Virus record (IMG/VR): IMGVR_UViG_3300045988_120615
DNA length: 37,867 nucleotides
Reading direction: 5' to 3' (one strand)
Source: a virus
The stretch's first letter is position 1. Each line of letters starts with the position of its first letter. Shown one piece after another: positions 37,605 to 37,867 of the stretch. A program made the translations under genes and the position numbers. The notes below the pieces were generated by a model. The model did not search any database. It was not told the DNA's origin and saw only the letters and a list, made by a program, of their open reading frames with translations.

Positions 37605-37867
37605 GCAGTGCGTTTCCAGATGCGGACGGTGCTGTTGTAAGGGCGTACTTCAGCCAGAACATATTTCCCGTTGCTATTTGAGGCGACAAAATTGATTTGA
37701 GCAGCACCGCGTGTCGCGAAGTTCCAGCCCGCGCCACCTACATTGTAAAATGCCCCCGATGCATATCCACCATCATTAACACCGATTGATCCTGTAATAT
37801 TCGGCGCCCCGTCTGTCTGCGTCGAGCCGAACGCGGCAGCATTACCACCTTCAGCACGGAAAAACAG
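37601..37867 (-). CDS. Tail fibre protein, currently expressed C-terminal receptor-binding tip. It continues from 1-892 across the circular junction.
   Basis: The reverse-complement translation reads LFFRAEGGNAAAFGSTQTDGAPNITGSIGVNDGGYASGAFYNVGGAGWNFATRGAAQINFVASNSNGKYVLAEVRPYNSTVRIWKRTA-stop (TAG, complement at 37601-37603). It is in frame with the ORF that starts at 892. Confidence 0.7.
   Translation of the reverse strand: MFFRAEGGNAAAFGSTQTDGAPNITGSIGVNDGGYASGAFYNVGGAGWNFATRGAAQINFVASNSNGKYVLAEVRPYNSTVRIWKRTA
37796..37867. repeat. Right inverted repeat (IR-R, 72 bp). Positions 37813-37867 are duplicated at 1-55.
   Basis: See IR-L. Together the two repeats bracket a 425-bp segment (37371-37795) that holds the two tail-to-tail tip cassettes. 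Confidence 0.85.

Noticed and set aside
37299-37867. A diversity-generating retroelement (TR/VR) acting on the tail-fibre tip
   Set aside because: No reverse transcriptase ORF exists anywhere. The two copies are inverted rather than direct. They differ by indels and many non-adenine substitutions.

Overview
The window looks like a complete circular temperate-phage genome of about 37.8 kb. The first 55 nt (1-55) are identical to the last 55 nt (37813-37867), a k-mer-sized overlap typical of a circularised assembly. One gene, the tail fibre, reads in frame across that junction.

Layout. A CI-like repressor (26070-26744, +) and a divergent Cro-like gene (25756-25998, -) form a lambdoid immunity region. 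The + strand then carries an early-left operon: a TTGATT-17-TATAAT promoter at 27419-27447, an acidic protein, erf, ssb, Gp157, a zinc-ribbon protein, an AT-rich cargo island with a Lar-like restriction-alleviation gene, and only a frameshifted C-terminal remnant of a lambda-type integrase beside a 3-prime fragment of tRNA-Arg(UCU) (putative attP core). The - strand carries an early-right / late operon: NinB, an O-like initiator with embedded iterons, RusA, a Q-like protein, terminase, Mu-like head genes (portal, F-like, protease/scaffold, capsid), and a contractile tail (sheath, tube, G/GT chaperones with a -1 frameshift at a T7 run, tape measure, Mu gp45-48-like baseplate). It continues through the tail fibre, a tail-fibre assembly protein, and a lysis cassette (single-TMD holin candidate, SAR GH24 endolysin, an inserted HNH homing endonuclease, Rz/Rz1 spanins).

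Most interesting point. The 3-prime end of the tail-fibre gene lies in a 425-bp segment flanked by 72-bp inverted repeats (37299-37370 and 37796-37867, equivalent to 1-55). The segment holds two diverged, tail-to-tail receptor-binding tip cassettes that share the repeat-encoded junction peptide and an identical ...WKRTA C-terminus. This resembles a miniature Mu G / P1 C / e14 P-type tip-switching module, but no invertase or any intact recombinase is encoded anywhere in the genome.

All functional calls are from reading the translations and DNA by eye; no searches were run.
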